Source: an uncultured Actinomycetes bacterium (lineage in GTDB: Bacteria; Actinomycetota; Actinomycetes; Nanopelagicales; Nanopelagicaceae). From it: a stretch of 52,865 nt of DNA. Of this stretch, positions 50,873 to 52,865 are shown one piece after another. Positions within the stretch are counted from its first letter, which is position 1. Every line of letters starts with the position of its first letter. The notes beneath the pieces are model-generated. The model was not told the DNA's origin. It did no database searches and saw only the letters and a program-made list of their open reading frames with translations. The stretch spans positions 1-52,865 of the forward strand of contig CAJBMC010000114.1 in NCBI GenBank assembly GCA_903954055.1. The letters run 5' to 3'. The translations under genes and the position numbers were made by a program.

Positions 50873-51689
50873 CCCAGAGAAGTTCAGCCACGGTGAGGAC
50901 CTCACTCTCGCGCATCGCCTCGCCGATGCCGCCGATGCAATTACTTTAAAGCGCTACCAAGCTATCGATCTGACAGTCACAACTAAGCCCGACAACACCC
51001 CAGTAACAGATGCCGATAAATCTTCAGAAGAAGCTATCCGTGCACTCTTACATGCACATCGCCCTGATGATGGAATTGTTGGCGAAGAGTTCGGCAACGA
51101 GGGCTCCGATAAGAATAGATATTGGGTAATTGATCCGATTGATGGAACTAAGAATTTTCTCCGTGGCGTTCCAACGTGGGCAACACTAATTGCATTAGTC
51201 GAACGAGTTGAAGATGGTTCTCAGCGCACGGTAGTCAGCGTTGTCAGTGCACCTGCGCTCTTTCGCAGATGGTCCGCGCACTTAGGTGGCGGCGCATTTG
51301 TCACCATCAATCGTGAGACCACAAAGCGAATTCATGTATCTGGCGTATCTCGAATCGAAGATGCCTCAATCTCCTACTCGGATTTTCTTGGTTGGGGCGA
51401 GATGCTCGAGCCATTTAACGCACTTCTTAAGAAGGCATGGCGCACTCGTGGTTACGGTGATTTCTGGTCGCATATGTTGGTTGCAGAAGGTGCACTTGAA
51501 GTTGCGGCCGAACCGGTGTTGGCGCTCTGGGATATGGCAGCGCTCGATCTTATTGTTACCGAGGCCGGTGGAGTCTTCTCCAATACGACAGGAGTTAAGG
51601 GTCCTCATGGCGGTAATGGACTCTCGACAAATGCAGCGCTACATAACTTCGTTGTTGATGCACTTGAACCTGGTGTGATTGGAGCATAA
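50862..51689 (+). CDS. hisN: Histidinol-phosphatase (IMPase family)
   Basis: KPDNTPVTDAD, GEEFG, WVIDPIDGTKNFLRGVP and WDMAA. Confidence 0.85.
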   Translation: MSSSPEKFSHGEDLTLAHRLADAADAITLKRYQAIDLTVTTKPDNTPVTDADKSSEEAIRALLHAHRPDDGIVGEEFGNEGSDKNRYWVIDPIDGTKNFLRGVPTWATLIALVERVEDGSQRTVVSVVSAPALFRRWSAHLGGGAFVTINRETTKRIHVSGVSRIEDASISYSDFLGWGEMLEPFNALLKKAWRTRGYGDFWSHMLVAEGALEVAAEPVLALWDMAALDLIVTEAGGVFSNTTGVKGPHGGNGLSTNAALHNFVVDALEPGVIGA

Positions 51690-51695
51690 AGGGCG

Positions 51696-52865
51696 ATGGA
51701 AAATTCTCTCCTTGTTCCGCAAACTTTTGCCGTCACTGGCATGACCTGTAGCTCTTGTGTAAACACAATCGAACGTACACTCAACGAAATACCCGGAGTA
51801 AGCGCCTCAGTAAATTTCGCATCAGAGACTGTCCATGTAGTTGCGCCATCTCAAATCAAAGCAGAGGTGATTATTAAGGCGGTTAAGTCGGCTGGCTATA
51901 GCGCAACATTGCTTAATGATCAGCGAGACCCTGCATTGCATCGTAAGGGTGCTGCACGCGCGCTGATATTTGCCATTATCTTTGCGGTACCAACAATTGC
52001 AATTTCAATGGTGGCGTCATGGAATCAATCAATCGGTGATTGGCTCTTTAACTACTTTATCTCGCACGGCTGGAGCGTTCCACCTCATGGCGATATGCAC
52101 TTTGCATCTTGGTTAGCTTTGGCGCTTACTACGCCATTGATTTTCATAGTTGCATTTCCTATTCATCGAGCAGCGCTACGAAACTTCTTCCATCCGACAA
52201 TGGATTCGCTGATATCGCTCGGATCTTTGACTGCATATGGCTGGTCAATCTATTCAACATATTCAGGAAATGGCGAGGTCTATACAGAGGTCGCAGCCGG
52301 AGTACTCCTCTTCGTCATTCTTGGACGGTACCTAGAGGCTCGCGCAAAGCGAAGTGCCAGCACTGCGCTCTCCACGTTATTAGCGCTCGGCGAGAAGGAA
52401 GTGACTGTTCTACGTAATGGGAGTGAAGTTCTCATTCCTATTTCACATCTCAGCGTCGGAGATGAGTTTGTTGTAAAACCTGGCGCGCGTATTGCAACCG
52501 ATGGCGTTGTGATTTCAGGTATCTCCGCCGTTGATAACTCATTTATTACCGGTGAAGCGCTCCCGATTGAGATCGCTCCAGGTGCACGAGTTATCGGCTC
52601 AGCCCTGAATAACAATGGACGCATTATTGTGCGAGCTACCCGAGTTGGTAGCGATACCGAGATGGCTCGCATTACCTCTATGGTTGTAACCGCACAAGGA
52701 AGTAAGTCTCCAATTCAACAGGGGGCAGATAAAATTGCTGCTTACTTTGTTCCGACGGTGACGCTACTCGCTATTGGTACATATCTCTATTGGTACTACC
52801 TCGGCGACAAAACTCTTACCTTCTCTATCTCGACCGCAATCACAGTATTGGTGATTGCATGCCCA
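51696..52865 (+). CDS. Heavy-metal (Cu-type) P1B ATPase, truncated by the window edge
   Basis: My translation from ATG 51696 gives GMTCSSC (HMA), MDSLI, LGRYLE, TGE and ends at VLVIACP. Confidence 0.92.
   Translation, partial: MENSLLVPQTFAVTGMTCSSCVNTIERTLNEIPGVSASVNFASETVHVVAPSQIKAEVIIKAVKSAGYSATLLNDQRDPALHRKGAARALIFAIIFAVPTIAISMVASWNQSIGDWLFNYFISHGWSVPPHGDMHFASWLALALTTPLIFIVAFPIHRAALRNFFHPTMDSLISLGSLTAYGWSIYSTYSGNGEVYTEVAAGVLLFVILGRYLEARAKRSASTALSTLLALGEKEVTVLRNGSEVLIPISHLSVGDEFVVKPGARIATDGVVISGISAVDNSFITGEALPIEIAPGARVIGSALNNNGRIIVRATRVGSDTEMARITSMVVTAQGSKSPIQQGADKIAAYFVPTVTLLAIGTYLYWYYLGDKTLTFSISTAITVLVIACP

Noticed and set aside
52109-52672. ORFs 52109-52417 and 52280-52672
   Set aside because: Shadows of the P1B ATPase that starts at 51696 and runs off the window.

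Overview
This is a compact, gene-dense stretch of chromosome. Gene content, actinorhodopsin and very short intergenic gaps point to a streamlined freshwater actinobacterium, probably acI / Nanopelagicales ('Ca. Planktophila'-like); this assignment is an inference. Core genes in order: rho (partial)-thrB-thrC-hom-lysA-argS, tRNA-Leu(TAG), rdgB-rph-murI-cysM-cysO-mec-DUF2017-clpS, argF, trhO, ssrA-smpB-ftsX-ftsE-prfB, kgd, sodX/sodN, rsrA-sigR, SRAP, aroA-rsgA-hisN and a partial P1B ATPase. Accessory genes: a DTE actinorhodopsin, an aquaporin-ArsC pair, an OatA-like acetyltransferase, a GH18 hydrolase, a pirin, a DUF222-HNH gene, a minimal Tad pilus cluster and two secreted orphan proteins. I found no integrase, transposase, prophage or CRISPR array. 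Best leads, all hypotheses: (1) a C-loop hairpin upstream of the tad cluster that may be a reduced 6C-like sRNA; (2) a membrane-spanning protein joining a histone-H1-like tail to an external FN3-like domain; (3) Cys/Lys-rich C-terminal modules on the secreted orphans that may be envelope anchors; (4) pervasive leaderless promoters, plus a SigR-type promoter at pirin and a PafBC-type promoter at DUF222-HNH; (5) a 17-codon ORF coupling the aquaporin to arsC.
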